Position numbers and translations under genes: made by a program
Assembly (NCBI RefSeq): GCF_000406145.1
Contig: NZ_CM001976.1
Span: 2,203,543-2,235,542, forward strand
Direction: 5' to 3'
DNA: 32,000 nucleotides
Source of the DNA: Dickeya dadantii NCPPB 898
GTDB taxonomy: Bacteria > Pseudomonadota > Gammaproteobacteria > Enterobacterales > Enterobacteriaceae
The notes under the pieces: model-generated
The model's input: only the letters and a program-made list of their open reading frames with translations
Databases searched by the model: none
Told to the model about the DNA's origin: nothing
In this document: positions 16,484-28,819 of the stretch, one piece after another
Layout of the letters: each line of letters starts with the position of its first letter
Numbering within the stretch: position 1 is the stretch's first letter

Positions 16484-16707
16484 AAAAAACGGCGACCATC
16501 GGGCATCCGTGTGGCTATTGGCGGTGCAATCGACTAGGCTGTGTGCCGCGATAGTCGGTGCGGCGGCATGGTCAGGAGTCAGAACTTCTGCTGCCGATAC
16601 GGGCCGTCACGGGCGGTTTGACCGTCGTGGATATGGCGGGCGAGCCGGTTTTTCCCGCCATCCCTCTCTTTCCCATAGTCAGAATAACTGATAGTCAGAA
16701 CAACTGA

Positions 16708-18243
16708 ATGAATCTACTGAAATCACTGGCTGCGGTCAGTTCCATGACCCTGCTTTCCCGTGTGCTGGGGTTCGTGCGTGACGCGATCGTCGCCCGCGTG
16801 TTCGGCGCCGGTATGGCGACCGACGCGTTTTTTGTGGCGTTCAAGCTGCCGAATCTGTTGCGGCGCATTTTTGCCGAAGGCGCGTTTTCTCAGGCGTTTG
16901 TGCCGATCCTGGCGGAATACAAGAGCCAGCAGGGCGAGGAGGCGACGCGCACCTTTCTGGCCTATGTATCCGGGATGCTGACGCTGATACTGGCGCTGGT
17001 GACGGTAGCCGGGATGCTGGCCGCGCCCTGGGTGATCATGGTGACCGCGCCGGGGTTTGCCTCGACGCCGGAACGCTTTGAGCTGACCTCGGCGCTGCTG
17101 CGGATTACCTTTCCCTATATTTTGCTGATTTCGCTGACGTCGATGGCGGGGTCGGTGCTGAATACCTGGAACCGCTTTTCGGTGCCGGCGTTTGCGCCTA
17201 CGTTACTGAACATCAGCATGATTGGTTTTGCGTTGCTGGGCGCTCGCTGGTTTAACCCGCCGGTGATGGCGCTGGGCTGGGCGGTGGTCGCCGGCGGGGT
17301 GTTGCAACTGGGCTACCAACTGCCGCATCTGAAGAAAATCGGCATGCTGGTGCTGCCGCGCATCAAGTTCCGCGACCCCAGCGTCAGCCGGGTGATGAAG
17401 CTGATGGCGCCGGCGATTCTCGGCGTGTCGGTCAGCCAGATTTCACTGATCATCAACACTATTTTTGCGTCGTTCCTCAGCCAGGGGGCGGTGTCCTGGA
17501 TGTACTACGCCGATCGGCTGATGGAGTTTCCGTCCGGCGTGTTGGGCGTGGCGCTGGGGACGATTCTGCTGCCGTCGCTGTCTAAAAGCGTCGCCAGCGG
17601 TAATCATCAGGAGTATTCCCGGCTGCTGGACTGGGGGCTGCGCCTCTGTTTCCTGCTGGCGTTGCCGGCTACGGTGGCGCTGGGGCTGCTGGCTAAGCCG
17701 CTAACCGTGGCATTGTTCCAGTACGGTAAATTCAGCGCGTTTGACGCCCTGATGACCCAGCGTGCGTTGGTCGCTTACTCTGTCGGGCTGATGGGGTTGA
17801 TTCTGGTAAAAGTACTGGTGCCGGGTTTTTACGCCCGGCAGGATATTAAAACGCCGGTGAAAATTGGTATGGCGACGCTGGCGATGACACAGTTGATGAA
17901 CCTGATATTTATCGGCCCGCTGCAACATGCCGGGCTGTCGCTGTCGATTGGTCTGGCGTCCTGTATCAATGCCGGGCTGCTGTTCTGGCAGTTGCGTCGT
18001 CAGCGCATCTTTGAACCCCAGCAGGGCTGGACGGCGTTTCTGACCAAACTGGTCATTGCGGTTATAGTCATGTCTTTGGTTCTGATCGCGTTATGCCTGT
18101 GGATGCCGCCCTGGGAGCAGGGCAACATGACCATGCGTCTGTTGCGCCTGTTGGCGGTGGTTGTCGCCGGCGCCGGCAGTTACTTCGCCATGCTGGCCTT
18201 GCTGGGCTTCCGCCCGAAGGATTTTTCCCGCCGGAGTATCTGA
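16708..18243 (+). CDS. murJ: Lipid II flippase MurJ (MviN)
   Basis: At 511 aa it is collinear with E. coli MurJ from [14 protein letters not shown] to the C-terminus. Confidence 0.95.
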   Translation: MNLLKSLAAVSSMTLLSRVLGFVRDAIVARVFGAGMATDAFFVAFKLPNLLRRIFAEGAFSQAFVPILAEYKSQQGEEATRTFLAYVSGMLTLILALVTVAGMLAAPWVIMVTAPGFASTPERFELTSALLRITFPYILLISLTSMAGSVLNTWNRFSVPAFAPTLLNISMIGFALLGARWFNPPVMALGWAVVAGGVLQLGYQLPHLKKIGMLVLPRIKFRDPSVSRVMKLMAPAILGVSVSQISLIINTIFASFLSQGAVSWMYYADRLMEFPSGVLGVALGTILLPSLSKSVASGNHQEYSRLLDWGLRLCFLLALPATVALGLLAKPLTVALFQYGKFSAFDALMTQRALVAYSVGLMGLILVKVLVPGFYARQDIKTPVKIGMATLAMTQLMNLIFIGPLQHAGLSLSIGLASCINAGLLFWQLRRQRIFEPQQGWTAFLTKLVIAVIVMSLVLIALCLWMPPWEQGNMTMRLLRLLAVVVAGAGSYFAMLALLGFRPKDFSRRSI

Positions 18244-18247
18244 TGCT

Positions 18248-18282
18248 ATCCATTCAGGCACCTTGATTGCGCCTGAATGGAT
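18248..18282 (+). terminator. 12-bp hairpin immediately after murJ
   Basis: ATCCATTCAGGC-11 nt-GCCTGAATGGAT followed by GGGTTTG. The U tract is weak. Confidence 0.5.
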
Positions 18283-18305
18283 GGGTTTGACAGGGTATTG
18301 CGGCA

Positions 18306-18340
18306 GAAAAAAGCCAGTCAGTTAACTGACTGGCTTTTTT
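18306..18340. terminator. Bidirectional rho-independent terminator (argS side)
   Basis: AAAAAAA-GCCAGTCAG-ttaa-CTGACTGGC-TTTTTT lies 22 nt downstream of the argS stop on the minus strand. Confidence 0.85.
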
Positions 18341-18362
18341 ATTGCGATGAAGACGATGCGGA

Positions 18363-20093
18363 TTACATCTTCTCGACGGTCTGGATGCCGAGCGTATTCA
18401 GGCCGGTTTTCAGCGTTTTGGCGGTCAGCAGCGCCAGTTTGAGGCGGCTTTGACGTGTGCCGTCGCTGTCGGCGTTGAGGATCGGGCAGTTTTCGTAAAA
18501 ACCGGAGAACAGCCCGGCCAGATCGTACAGGTAAGCGCACATCACATGCGGCGTGCCGTCGCGAGCCACGGTGGTAACGGTTTCTTCGAACTGCAGCAGA
18601 CGGGTCGCCAGCGCTTGTTCATGCTCGGCGGTCAGCGTAATCGGCTGGGTCAGGCTGGCTTCTTCCACCCCGGCACGTTTAAATATCGATGAAACGCGGG
18701 TGTAGGCATACTGCATATAGGGTGCGGTGTTGCCTTCAAACGCCAGCATGTTATCCCAGTCGAAGATATAGTCGGTGGTGCGGTTTTTCGACAGGTCGGC
18801 GTATTTGACCGCGCCCACCGACACCACCTGCGCCAGCTGTTCCAGTTCGCCGCGCTCCATCTCCGGATTTTTGCCGGCAATCAGCGTCAGCGCGCGTTCG
18901 TAGGCTTCGTCCAGTAGTTCAGACAGCTTGATGGTGCCGCCGGCGCGGGTTTTAAACGGCTTGCCGTCTTTACCCAACATCATGCCGAACATGTGGTGTT
19001 CCAGGCTGACGGATTCCGGCACGTAACCGGCTTTGCGCACGATGCTCCAGGCCTGCATCAGGTGTTGATGCTGACGGGAGTCGATATAGTACAGCACACG
19101 GCTGGCGCCCAGTTTCTCGTAACGGTACTTGGCGCAGGCGATATCGGTGGTGGTATAAAGGTAGCCGCCATCCTTTTTCTGGATGATGACGCCCATCGCT
19201 TCGCCTTCTTTGTTTTTGTACTCGTCCAGATAGACCACGATGGCGCCTTCGCTTTCCACCGCCAGCCCTTTGGCTTTCAGGTCCGCCACGATTTCCGGCA
19301 GCATGGCGTTGTAGAGGCTTTCACCCATGACGTCATTTGGCGTCAGCGACACGTTCAGGCGGTCATAGCTGCGCTGGTTCTGGACCATGGTGATATCCAC
19401 CAGCTTGCGCCACATTGAACGGCAATACTCATCGCCGCTTTGCAATTTCACGACGTAGCCGCGGGCGCGTTCGGCGAAGACGGCGTCGTCATCGTAGTGT
19501 TTTTTCGCTTCACGGTAGAACGCTTCCAGATCCGCCAGTTCCAGATCGCTGGTGTTGCCGTTTTGCACATCTTCCAGATGAGCGATCAACATACCGAACT
19601 GGGTACCCCAGTCGCCAACGTGGTTGGCGCGGATAACGTTATGGCCGAGGAATTCCAGGGTACGTACGGATGCATCGCCAATGATGGTCGAGCGCAGGTT
19701 GCCGACGTGCATCTCTTTAGCCACGTTGGGAGCTGAGTAGTCAACGACGATAGTTTGCGGCTCAACCGCAGAGACGCCCAGTTTCGGGGCGGTCAGCGCG
19801 TGTTCCAACTGGCCGGATAGCCATTGGGGGTCGAGAAAAATATTGATGAAACCGGGACCGGCAATTTCCGTTTTGGCTGCAATGCCATCCAACTGCAGCG
19901 TTTGTAATACTTTCTCGGCAAGCTGGCGCGGGGCCATACCCAGTTTCTTGGCGGCCGCCATGATGCCATTTGCCTGATAATCACCAAATTGCGCTTTTGC
20001 TGACTGGCGAACCATTGCCTCGCTGTCAGCGGGCGCGCCCGCCGCAATCATTGCCTGATGGACTTTTTCTGAAAGAAGAGCCTGAATATTCAC
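18363..20093 (-). CDS. argS: Arginine--tRNA ligase
   Basis: At 576 aa it carries the class I HIGH-like motif ([14 protein letters not shown]) and is collinear with E. coli ArgS ([11 protein letters not shown]...). Confidence 0.95.
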   Translation of the reverse strand: MNIQALLSEKVHQAMIAAGAPADSEAMVRQSAKAQFGDYQANGIMAAAKKLGMAPRQLAEKVLQTLQLDGIAAKTEIAGPGFINIFLDPQWLSGQLEHALTAPKLGVSAVEPQTIVVDYSAPNVAKEMHVGNLRSTIIGDASVRTLEFLGHNVIRANHVGDWGTQFGMLIAHLEDVQNGNTSDLELADLEAFYREAKKHYDDDAVFAERARGYVVKLQSGDEYCRSMWRKLVDITMVQNQRSYDRLNVSLTPNDVMGESLYNAMLPEIVADLKAKGLAVESEGAIVVYLDEYKNKEGEAMGVIIQKKDGGYLYTTTDIACAKYRYEKLGASRVLYYIDSRQHQHLMQAWSIVRKAGYVPESVSLEHHMFGMMLGKDGKPFKTRAGGTIKLSELLDEAYERALTLIAGKNPEMERGELEQLAQVVSVGAVKYADLSKNRTTDYIFDWDNMLAFEGNTAPYMQYAYTRVSSIFKRAGVEEASLTQPITLTAEHEQALATRLLQFEETVTTVARDGTPHVMCAYLYDLAGLFSGFYENCPILNADSDGTRQSRLKLALLTAKTLKTGLNTLGIQTVEKM

Positions 20094-20319
20094 CGGTTTA
20101 CCCTAAATGACGAATCAAGCCTTTCTTTATACCATATTTGGGTTGTGTAGTCAGCAGAGCACCATGACAAGCGCCCCGGGCGGGGCGTCAATAAAAATAA
20201 AACAATAAATCCGATAATGCGGCGAGATAGCTGCTGTCATTATCGATAATAAAATTTAAGGTGAAAGGCGCGGCTTTCCGGCAAGCCTGAATAGCGGAAG
20301 GGGGGTATTAATAAAAAAT

Positions 20320-20436
20320 TTAACGTCGTTTGTGTCGACGGTCTGTGCCCAGTCGCGTGCTCTGCATCGTTTTAAAATGACGGAACAGTGAATAACCGGC
20401 AATGACAACTAGCATAGAGAAGGTTATTATCATCAT
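20320..20436 (-). CDS. Possible small membrane protein (38 aa): MMIITFSMLVVIAGYSLFRHFKTMQSTRLGTDRRHKRR
   Basis: One hydrophobic helix followed by a basic tail. AAAGGG lies about 9 nt upstream of ATGATG. The ORF sits in a 0.7-kb AT-rich gap. I recognise no homology, so this could be spurious. Confidence 0.3.
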   Translation of the reverse strand: MMIITFSMLVVIAGYSLFRHFKTMQSTRLGTDRRHKRR

Positions 20437-20795
20437 GGTAAATGCCCTTTGGTGATTTACTGGAGGTTGGGTAGTTTCGAAGTTATCCGTTTTTTGTTTA
20501 TTTCTCAATGTTACAGAGAATATTTAAGAATACTCTCATCGGGTTTTTAAATTCATTAAAAATCAAGGAATTGTAATTTTTATTATATCTCTGTCATTTT
20601 GTTAATAGTAATTGTTGATATTATTCTTTGATTGAAATGAAGTTTGTCTATTGTTGCAAATAATGGCATGAAAAGACAAGAAAGTCGGGCTAATGACAGC
20701 ATGGTATGATACCAAAGTCGCAAAAAGATGGAGGTTATTTCTGCCTATGTTAAATTAGAGTGGATAAACTATTTATTCGGGTTAATGAGGAAATA

Positions 20796-21368
20796 ATGAC
20801 CGCTTTGTTACCGTCGACGCTTCCCCCCTCCTTAATGAATGACCTTTCCCGTTTTGAAACTGAACTTCAGCAACTCGCGCGGCAGCTCGAACTTGACCTT
20901 GCCGCATTTGAAGCCGACCACATTTCTCTGCGCTGCCATCAGAACAGTACGGCGGAGCAATGGCGTACGGCGCTGCTGACCTGTGGTTCTTTGCTGTCGG
21001 AAAACATGATCAACGGCCGGCCTATCTGTCTATTTACTCTTCATCAACCGTTAACGGTGGGGCCGTGGCGGATTGACTGTGTGGAACTGCCGTGGCCGGG
21101 TAGTAAACATTATCCGCATGAAGGGTGGGAACACGTGGAACTGGTTTTGCCCGGTGATCCGACTACCTTGCATCCCCGTGCGCTGGCCTGCCTGCCGGAC
21201 GCGGCCCTGACCGCACCCGGTATTAAACTGAAATTCAACCATCCGCAGGGTGAGCATGAACGCCTGCCCAATCCGACGCTGGCGGTGACTAACGGGCGGG
21301 TCACGCTGAAATTTCATCCCTATCGCATTCAGGAGATCGTGGCCAGCGAACAGTCGGCCGGTCAGTAA
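20796..21368 (+). CDS. yecM: VOC-fold metal-binding protein YecM
   Basis: The segment ADHISLRCHQ...ENMINGRPICLF...GWEHVELVLP resembles E. coli YecM. ATG 20796 follows GAGGAA. The ORF-track start at 20760 is a GTG extension. The gene is divergent from argS, as in E. coli. Confidence 0.88.
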   Translation: MTALLPSTLPPSLMNDLSRFETELQQLARQLELDLAAFEADHISLRCHQNSTAEQWRTALLTCGSLLSENMINGRPICLFTLHQPLTVGPWRIDCVELPWPGSKHYPHEGWEHVELVLPGDPTTLHPRALACLPDAALTAPGIKLKFNHPQGEHERLPNPTLAVTNGRVTLKFHPYRIQEIVASEQSAGQ

Positions 21369-21570
21369 GTTACTCGCTGCTTGTAAATTGTGTGGCGTGT
21401 CATATTCCTCGCTCAAATCCTGTCGCCAGTGTGACACGCCTCTCTCCGTCGCTGGCGAGGGGATGCCAGTATTAGGCCTGTATTGCGCCGGCATATCGTG
21501 ATGCGCGGGCAATTATTTCGGAAATGCGTTGTTTTTCCGGTTTCGTTATTTTTGGGCAAGGGAGGGAGGT

Positions 21571-22335
21571 ATGACAATGCTGGAGGTCTGCTGTTATAGC
21601 CTGGATTGCGCATTGACGGCGCAGCAGGCGGGGGCGGATCGGGTAGAACTCTGCGCTGCGCAACGTGAGGGCGGTCTGACGCCTGGCTATGGCGTATTGC
21701 GGCAGGCGCGGGAAACGCTGACTATTCCGGTGCACCCGATGGTGCGGCCGCGTGGCGGTGACTTTTGTTACAGTCATCATGAGTTTACGGCGATGCTGTA
21801 TGACATCGATCAGATCAGGTCGATGGGGTTTCCGGGGTTGGTGGTGGGGATTCTGGATGAGGAAGGACACATTGACATGGCGCGTATGCGGCAGATTATG
21901 GCGCGGTGCGAAGGGCTGGCGGTCACATTCCATCGTGCGTTCGACATGTGCCTGAACCCGCGTCTGGCGCTGAATCAACTGGCTGATTTGGGCGTCGCCC
22001 GCGTGCTGACGTCCGGCCAGCAGCAAAGCGCCGAAAATGGGTTAACGTTGTTACGGGAACTTAATGCGGCCGGTTGTGGTCCTATCATTATGGCAGGGGC
22101 AGGCGTACGACTGACTAACCTGCATAAATTCCGCGCCTGTGGTATTCAGGAGTTGCACACCTCGGCAGGCCAATGGTTGCCGTCGCCGATGCGTTATCGC
22201 AAATTGGGCGTTACGCTCTGTTCCGAAACTGAAATGGATGAATTCCAGCACTACTGTGTTGATGGTGATGTTGTGGCGGCCATGAAAAATGCCTTGAGCC
22301 CGGAAACGGCTCCCTCTGCGACATCCGCCTCCTAG
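21571..22335 (+). CDS. cutC: Copper homeostasis protein CutC
   Basis: [30 protein letters not shown]...GGLTP...[10 protein letters not shown] is a CutC TIM-barrel signature. ATG 21571 follows GGGAGGGAGG. Confidence 0.9.
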   Translation: MTMLEVCCYSLDCALTAQQAGADRVELCAAQREGGLTPGYGVLRQARETLTIPVHPMVRPRGGDFCYSHHEFTAMLYDIDQIRSMGFPGLVVGILDEEGHIDMARMRQIMARCEGLAVTFHRAFDMCLNPRLALNQLADLGVARVLTSGQQQSAENGLTLLRELNAAGCGPIIMAGAGVRLTNLHKFRACGIQELHTSAGQWLPSPMRYRKLGVTLCSETEMDEFQHYCVDGDVVAAMKNALSPETAPSATSAS

Positions 22336-22438
22336 ACCGTGCCTGCATGGGGCGTTGGCACCGTCTGGCACCCACCCGATGCCCTTTGCCGCGCAGCATT
22401 CCCCTTATCGGTCTGCTTGCGAGTACCAGGCCCCGACG

Positions 22439-22467
22439 CCTTGTCGGGGCTTTTTTTCTGCCATGTA
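22439..22467 (+). terminator. Rho-independent terminator downstream of cutC
   Basis: GCCCCGAC-gcctt-GTCGGGGC followed by TTTTTTT. Confidence 0.85.
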
Positions 22468-22677
22468 TTTTCTGCTATGTAACGGTGCGTCGACCGACCG
22501 CTTGATTATTCGCTGTAAGCTATAGTTATTGTGCGCCAGTTGTTGTACGTCACGGTTATTACCGGATTGAATGTGATCGCGCCCAGAAAATGTGTTGAAT
22601 TGTTATGCGCTTATCTTTTATCGCTCTGAGCCGGTGGTATGCTGCCGGTTATCCCAACAGCCAAAAGGAATCCTGTT

Positions 22678-22935
22678 ATGCGTGGAATCGTTGTGCATCA
22701 TGAGCATCGCATTGGTTTCATCGTTATCCGCGATCCGGAAGATGGGTTTATCGTCGCTAAGTTGCTGGACATTTATGAAGTGGAAAGGGGAGATGCGATA
22801 ACCGGCGATTTCCAGACCGTCGGCAATACGACGCTTTTTAATGAAACCAGCAGTCAGGATATTAACGTCGAGATCCAGAATACCGATATGACCGAGGATG
22901 CGGCCATTGAGCTGATCGTCAAAAATCGGAACTGA
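22678..22935 (+). CDS. Hypothetical small protein (85 aa), no family recognised
   Basis: The ORF reads MRGIVVHHEHRIGFIVIRDPEDGFIVAKLLDIYEVERGDAITGDFQ...ELIVKNRN. AAAAGGAA lies 7 nt upstream of ATG 22678. Its composition is coding-like and predicted beta-rich. The ORF-track start at 22639 is an extension. Confidence 0.55.
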   Translation: MRGIVVHHEHRIGFIVIRDPEDGFIVAKLLDIYEVERGDAITGDFQTVGNTTLFNETSSQDINVEIQNTDMTEDAAIELIVKNRN

Positions 22936-23020
22936 TTATTGGCATTATTGGGCGGCGGCGTCGCGTCGGTCTGGTATTTTGACTAACGTGCGGCGCCGCC
23001 GTGACTTTGACGGTTACCGA

Positions 23021-24771
<1,751 letters not shown>

Positions 24772-24799
24772 CTAGCAGAAAGATGGGGCAAAGATGTAT

Positions 24800-24838
24800 G
24801 AGAGAAAGACGGTAAGGTGCAGTCCGCAGGCCTTACCG
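24800..24838 (-). terminator. Hairpin terminator downstream of yecN
   Basis: The minus strand reads CGGTAAGG-13 nt-CCTTACCG followed by UCUUUCUCUC. Confidence 0.5.
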
Positions 24839-24854
24839 TGGATACCGGGCAGGA

Positions 24855-25250
24855 TTAACGCAGGGTAAATACCAGATCCCAGGGCAGGTAGTAGAGGTTG
24901 AACAGAATCATTAGCAGCAATGAAACATAGGTGGCAGTCATACCGGAGCGCCGCCAGTTAAGCTCACGATGCCGCAGGCCGTAGAAGTGACATAACCGTC
25001 CGAGCAACAACATAATTCCACACAGATGAATCATCGCATTCATCGCCCCATTCATCTCCATCAGCACCAACAAGAGGCCGCCGATAGGGATGTACTCCAC
25101 CGCGTTGCCATGGACGCGAATGGCGGTCTGCAATTCATAAAAACCACCGTCGCCATAGGCCACCCGGTACTGCATTCGCAGTTTCACCACATCAACCGAC
25201 AATTTGACTAACAACAATGCGCTGAGCACCACATAAAGCGCGCTTACCAT
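24855..25250 (-). CDS. yecN: MAPEG-family inner membrane protein YecN
   Basis: At 131 aa it has four hydrophobic segments and the motif RVHGNAVEYIP. Its position between yecE and cmoA matches E. coli. Confidence 0.88.
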   Translation of the reverse strand: MVSALYVVLSALLLVKLSVDVVKLRMQYRVAYGDGGFYELQTAIRVHGNAVEYIPIGGLLLVLMEMNGAMNAMIHLCGIMLLLGRLCHFYGLRHRELNWRRSGMTATYVSLLLMILFNLYYLPWDLVFTLR

Positions 25251-25419
25251 TTTTCACTCCATTGCCTGACCAAAAGCGGCGGAGGCTATATAGCCTGTCT
25301 GTCGCCTGTATAACGCGGAGATATTGTAGGTGAAATTGGCGGATATCAAACGCTATTAATAAGAAATTGTGATAAGAGCCGACGGCGATTTTTGCCCACG
25401 GGTTTTCAGACATGACGTC

Positions 25420-26232
25420 TTAAAACAGCGATGACTGCTGTGGCCAGTCCGGACAGGGCGGCAGGCCGGAAATCACCGTGCTCAGATGCGGCCATAACCG
25501 TTGCGCCAGCTCCGGCGCGCTGGCCGTACCGGCGGTGTGGATAAACAGATAGGGGGAATGCGCTTGCCACTCCGCCAGTTTGGCGAGCCAGGGCATGAAC
25601 CAGCGCAGATTGTCGTCCGGGTCTTCACTGCCGATAAACCGGATCAGCGGCTCTTCGGCGGTGCGCACCACATGCAGCGGCACTTTCGGCTTTTTGCGCT
25701 GGGCATCCCGCAACGCTTCGCTAGTGGGGGCGGCATGATGCACCGGCCGGCTATCCATGATCACCCGGTTGAGTCCGCGTTGATGCAACCCTTGATTAAA
25801 CTGGCGTTCTTCATCGCCTTTGGCGAAAAACAGTGGGTGGCGAACTTCTACGCCGTAACAGAACCCGTCGGGCAGCGAGGACATAAATTGCCACAGGTCG
25901 TCCAGCCGGTCTGGACCAAAGGCGGAAGGTAACTGTAACCACAGCTGGCCGAGCCGATGCTGGATTGGTTCCAGACAGCGAAAGAACTCCGTCACCGGCT
26001 GCTGGCAATGGCGCAAACCGGCCTGATGGCTGATGACCGAGGGAAATTTGAAGCAGAAACGGAAATCATCGTGGGTCATATCCCGCCAGCGCAGCACGGA
26101 CTCTGCCGACGGCAACGCATAAAAGGTGGTGTTTCCCTCCACGCAGTTGAAGTAGCGGGCATAGTCCGCCAGATCGCGCAGGCCCAGCCGGTTCCAACCG
26201 GGGTGTTGCCACTGCGGTAAACCGATATACAT
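25420..26232 (-). CDS. yecE: DUF72 protein YecE
   Basis: MYIGLPQWQHPGWNRLGL...FNCVEGNTTFYALP resembles E. coli YecE. ATG 26232 follows AAGGA. The ORF-track start at 26361 is an extension. Confidence 0.88.
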   Translation of the reverse strand: MYIGLPQWQHPGWNRLGLRDLADYARYFNCVEGNTTFYALPSAESVLRWRDMTHDDFRFCFKFPSVISHQAGLRHCQQPVTEFFRCLEPIQHRLGQLWLQLPSAFGPDRLDDLWQFMSSLPDGFCYGVEVRHPLFFAKGDEERQFNQGLHQRGLNRVIMDSRPVHHAAPTSEALRDAQRKKPKVPLHVVRTAEEPLIRFIGSEDPDDNLRWFMPWLAKLAEWQAHSPYLFIHTAGTASAPELAQRLWPHLSTVISGLPPCPDWPQQSSLF

Positions 26233-26560
26233 AAATCCTTGTCCCGATAGGTTTCTCTGCGAGTGAACATCCTGAAACAGCAGGCCGCCATGACGGCTGA
26301 TGTAACAGGGTTTTAGCATAATACCCCGCAATTGTGTAACCGACAGGCAAAAGCGCGGCAAAAAGCAAAAAAGAGTATGCGGGGCGGCCCGCAGACCGCT
26401 ACCATCGTACTTATCGTTATGGGGAAATTCCTTTATAATGCTCCCCTTTTTTCATTGGACTGTAATCCAGAAAAACCATGCCGACCGGTTCGCAGACCCC
26501 GTGTCGCCGCCAACTGGCGCGTGAAACAGGGCACCGGCGGCGGTGTAAAAGGACATCGTA

Positions 26561-28351
26561 ATGCGTACTGAATATTGCGGGCTGTTGAATTCGTCCCATG
26601 TGGGCCAGGAAGTAACGTTGTGCGGCTGGGTTAATCGCCGCCGCGATCTGGGTGGGTTGATTTTTATTGATATGCGTGACCGCGAAGGTCTGGTGCAGGT
26701 GTTCTTCGACCCGGATCGTCAGGATGCCTTCACTCTGGCTTCCGAATTGCGCAACGAGTTCTGCATCCAACTGACCGGGGTAGTGCGCGCCCGTCCGGAC
26801 AATCAGGTCAACAAAGAGATGGCGACCGGCGCAGTGGAAGTGCTGGCGACCGCGCTGACCATCATCAATCGGGCCGAACCGCTGCCGCTGGATGCCAACC
26901 AAACCAACAGCGAAGAAGCGCGCCTTAAGTACCGTTACCTTGACCTGCGCCGTCCTGAGATGGCTCAGCGCCTGAAAACCCGCGCCCGCATCACCAGCTT
27001 TGTGCGCCGTTTCATGGACAGCCACGGCTTCCTTGATATCGAAACCCCGATGCTGACCAAAGCCACGCCGGAAGGCGCCCGCGACTATCTGGTGCCGAGC
27101 CGTGTGCACAAAGGCAAATTTTACGCGCTGCCGCAGTCGCCGCAGTTGTTCAAGCAGTTGCTGATGATGTCCGGTTTTGACCGTTATTATCAGATCGTCA
27201 AATGCTTCCGCGACGAAGACCTGCGTGCCGACCGTCAACCGGAATTTACCCAGATCGACGTGGAAACCTCCTTCATGACCGCGCCGCAGGTGCGTGAAGT
27301 GATGGAAAAACTGGTGCGCGAGCTGTGGCTGGAAATCCACGGTGTGGATCTGGGCGACTTCCCGATCATGACGTTTGCCGAAGCTATGCGTCGTTTTGGT
27401 TCCGACAAACCGGACCTGCGTAACCCGCTGGAACTGGTGGACGTGGCCGACCTGCTCAAAGATGTGGACTTCAAGGTCTTCTCCGGCCCGGCCAACGATC
27501 CGAAAGGCCGCGTTGCCGCCATTCGCGTACCGGGCGGCGCACAGCTGAGCCGTAAACAGATTGACGAATACGCTAAATTTATCGAAATCTACGGCGCCAA
27601 AGGGTTGGCTTACATCAAGGTTAATGAGAAGGCCAACGGTCTGGACGGTATCCAGAGCCCAGTCGCCAAGTTCCTGAACGACGGTATTCTGGCGGCATTG
27701 CTGGCGCGTACCGCGGCGGAAGACGGCGACATCCTGTTCTTCGGCGCCGACAGCGCCAAAGTGGTGACGGACGCGCTGGGCGCGCTGCGCCTGAAACTGG
27801 GGCGCGACCTGAAAATCACCAATGAAAACAGCTGGCAGCCGCTGTGGGTCATCGACTTCCCGATGTTCGAAGAGGACGGCGAAGGCGGCCTGGCCGCGAT
27901 GCACCACCCGTTCACCGCGCCGCGCGATATGTCGCCGACAGAGTTGGAAGCCAACCCGACGGCCGCTATCGCCAACGCTTACGACATGGTGCTGAACGGC
28001 TACGAAGTCGGCGGCGGTTCGGTGCGTATCCACCGTGGCGAGATGCAACAAACGGTATTCCGTATTCTCGGCATTGACGAGCAGCAGCAGCGCGAAAAAT
28101 TCGGTTTCCTGCTGGACGCCCTGAAATTCGGCACCCCGCCGCACGCCGGTCTGGCTTTCGGCCTTGACCGTCTGGTGATGCTGCTGACCGGCACCGACAA
28201 TATCCGCGACGTGATCGCGTTCCCGAAAACCACAGCAGCCGCCTGCCTGATGACCGAAGCGCCGAGCTTCGCCAACCCGTCGGCACTGGAGGAACTCTCC
28301 ATCGCCGTGGTCGGTAAGGGCAAAGCCGCGCAGGACGCAGAGAATCAGTAA
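26561..28351 (+). CDS. aspS: Aspartate--tRNA ligase
   Basis: At 596 aa it carries class II motifs ([39 protein letters not shown]) and is collinear with E. coli AspS. Confidence 0.96.
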   Translation: MRTEYCGLLNSSHVGQEVTLCGWVNRRRDLGGLIFIDMRDREGLVQVFFDPDRQDAFTLASELRNEFCIQLTGVVRARPDNQVNKEMATGAVEVLATALTIINRAEPLPLDANQTNSEEARLKYRYLDLRRPEMAQRLKTRARITSFVRRFMDSHGFLDIETPMLTKATPEGARDYLVPSRVHKGKFYALPQSPQLFKQLLMMSGFDRYYQIVKCFRDEDLRADRQPEFTQIDVETSFMTAPQVREVMEKLVRELWLEIHGVDLGDFPIMTFAEAMRRFGSDKPDLRNPLELVDVADLLKDVDFKVFSGPANDPKGRVAAIRVPGGAQLSRKQIDEYAKFIEIYGAKGLAYIKVNEKANGLDGIQSPVAKFLNDGILAALLARTAAEDGDILFFGADSAKVVTDALGALRLKLGRDLKITNENSWQPLWVIDFPMFEEDGEGGLAAMHHPFTAPRDMSPTELEANPTAAIANAYDMVLNGYEVGGGSVRIHRGEMQQTVFRILGIDEQQQREKFGFLLDALKFGTPPHAGLAFGLDRLVMLLTGTDNIRDVIAFPKTTAAACLMTEAPSFANPSALEELSIAVVGKGKAAQDAENQ

Positions 28352-28352
28352 G

Positions 28353-28796
28353 ATGAACTATAAGCGACCCGTTTCGGTGCTGGTGGTGATTTATGCCCGG
28401 AATACCGGACGGGTGCTGATGCTTCAGCGGCGCGATGATCCGGATTTCTGGCAGTCGGTTACCGGCAGCCTGGAGGAGGATGAAAGCGCGCGATGTGCCG
28501 CACAGCGTGAAGTGAAGGAAGAAGTTAACATCGACATCGCTGCCGAGGCGCTGACGCTGGTTGACTGTCAACGCAGTGTGGAATTCGAGCTTTTTGCTCA
28601 TTTGAGACGTCGCTATGCCCCTGGCGTCACGCATAACCTGGAACACTGGTTCTGCCTGGCGTTACCTGATGAGCGCCCGGTGGAGATCAGTGAACATCTG
28701 GCTTATCAGTGGCTGGGTGCGCCCGACGCGGCGCGGTTGACCAAATCCTGGAGCAACCGGCAGGCGATTGAAGAATTTGTTATTGATCCGGCCTGA
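28353..28796 (+). CDS. nudB: Dihydroneopterin triphosphate diphosphatase NudB
   Basis: Nudix box [23 protein letters not shown]. The N-terminus [11 protein letters not shown] matches NudB. The gene immediately follows aspS, as in E. coli. Confidence 0.9.
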   Translation: MNYKRPVSVLVVIYARNTGRVLMLQRRDDPDFWQSVTGSLEEDESARCAAQREVKEEVNIDIAAEALTLVDCQRSVEFELFAHLRRRYAPGVTHNLEHWFCLALPDERPVEISEHLAYQWLGAPDAARLTKSWSNRQAIEEFVIDPA

Positions 28797-28819
28797 ACAG
28801 GCTTTTTTCGGAGATTTTT

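Noticed and set aside
16509-16691. 60-aa ORF between mviM and murJ
   Set aside because: It has a non-ATG start, no RBS and an Ala/Gly/Arg-rich translation. It overlaps the stems of the structured leader.
22951-23000. GGCGGCG...CGCCGCC pairing between the orphan ORF and cmoB, considered as a shared terminator
   Set aside because: It has a 7-bp stem but a ~36-nt loop and no adjacent U tract on either strand, which is too weak to call.
26417-28144. 575-aa ORF on the minus strand, the longest non-annotated ORF in the track
   Set aside because: It lies entirely antisense to aspS, whose product is collinear with E. coli AspS. The translation is low-complexity (R/G/A/H/Q/V-rich, no motifs). This is the usual stop-codon-poor antisense frame of a GC-rich gene.
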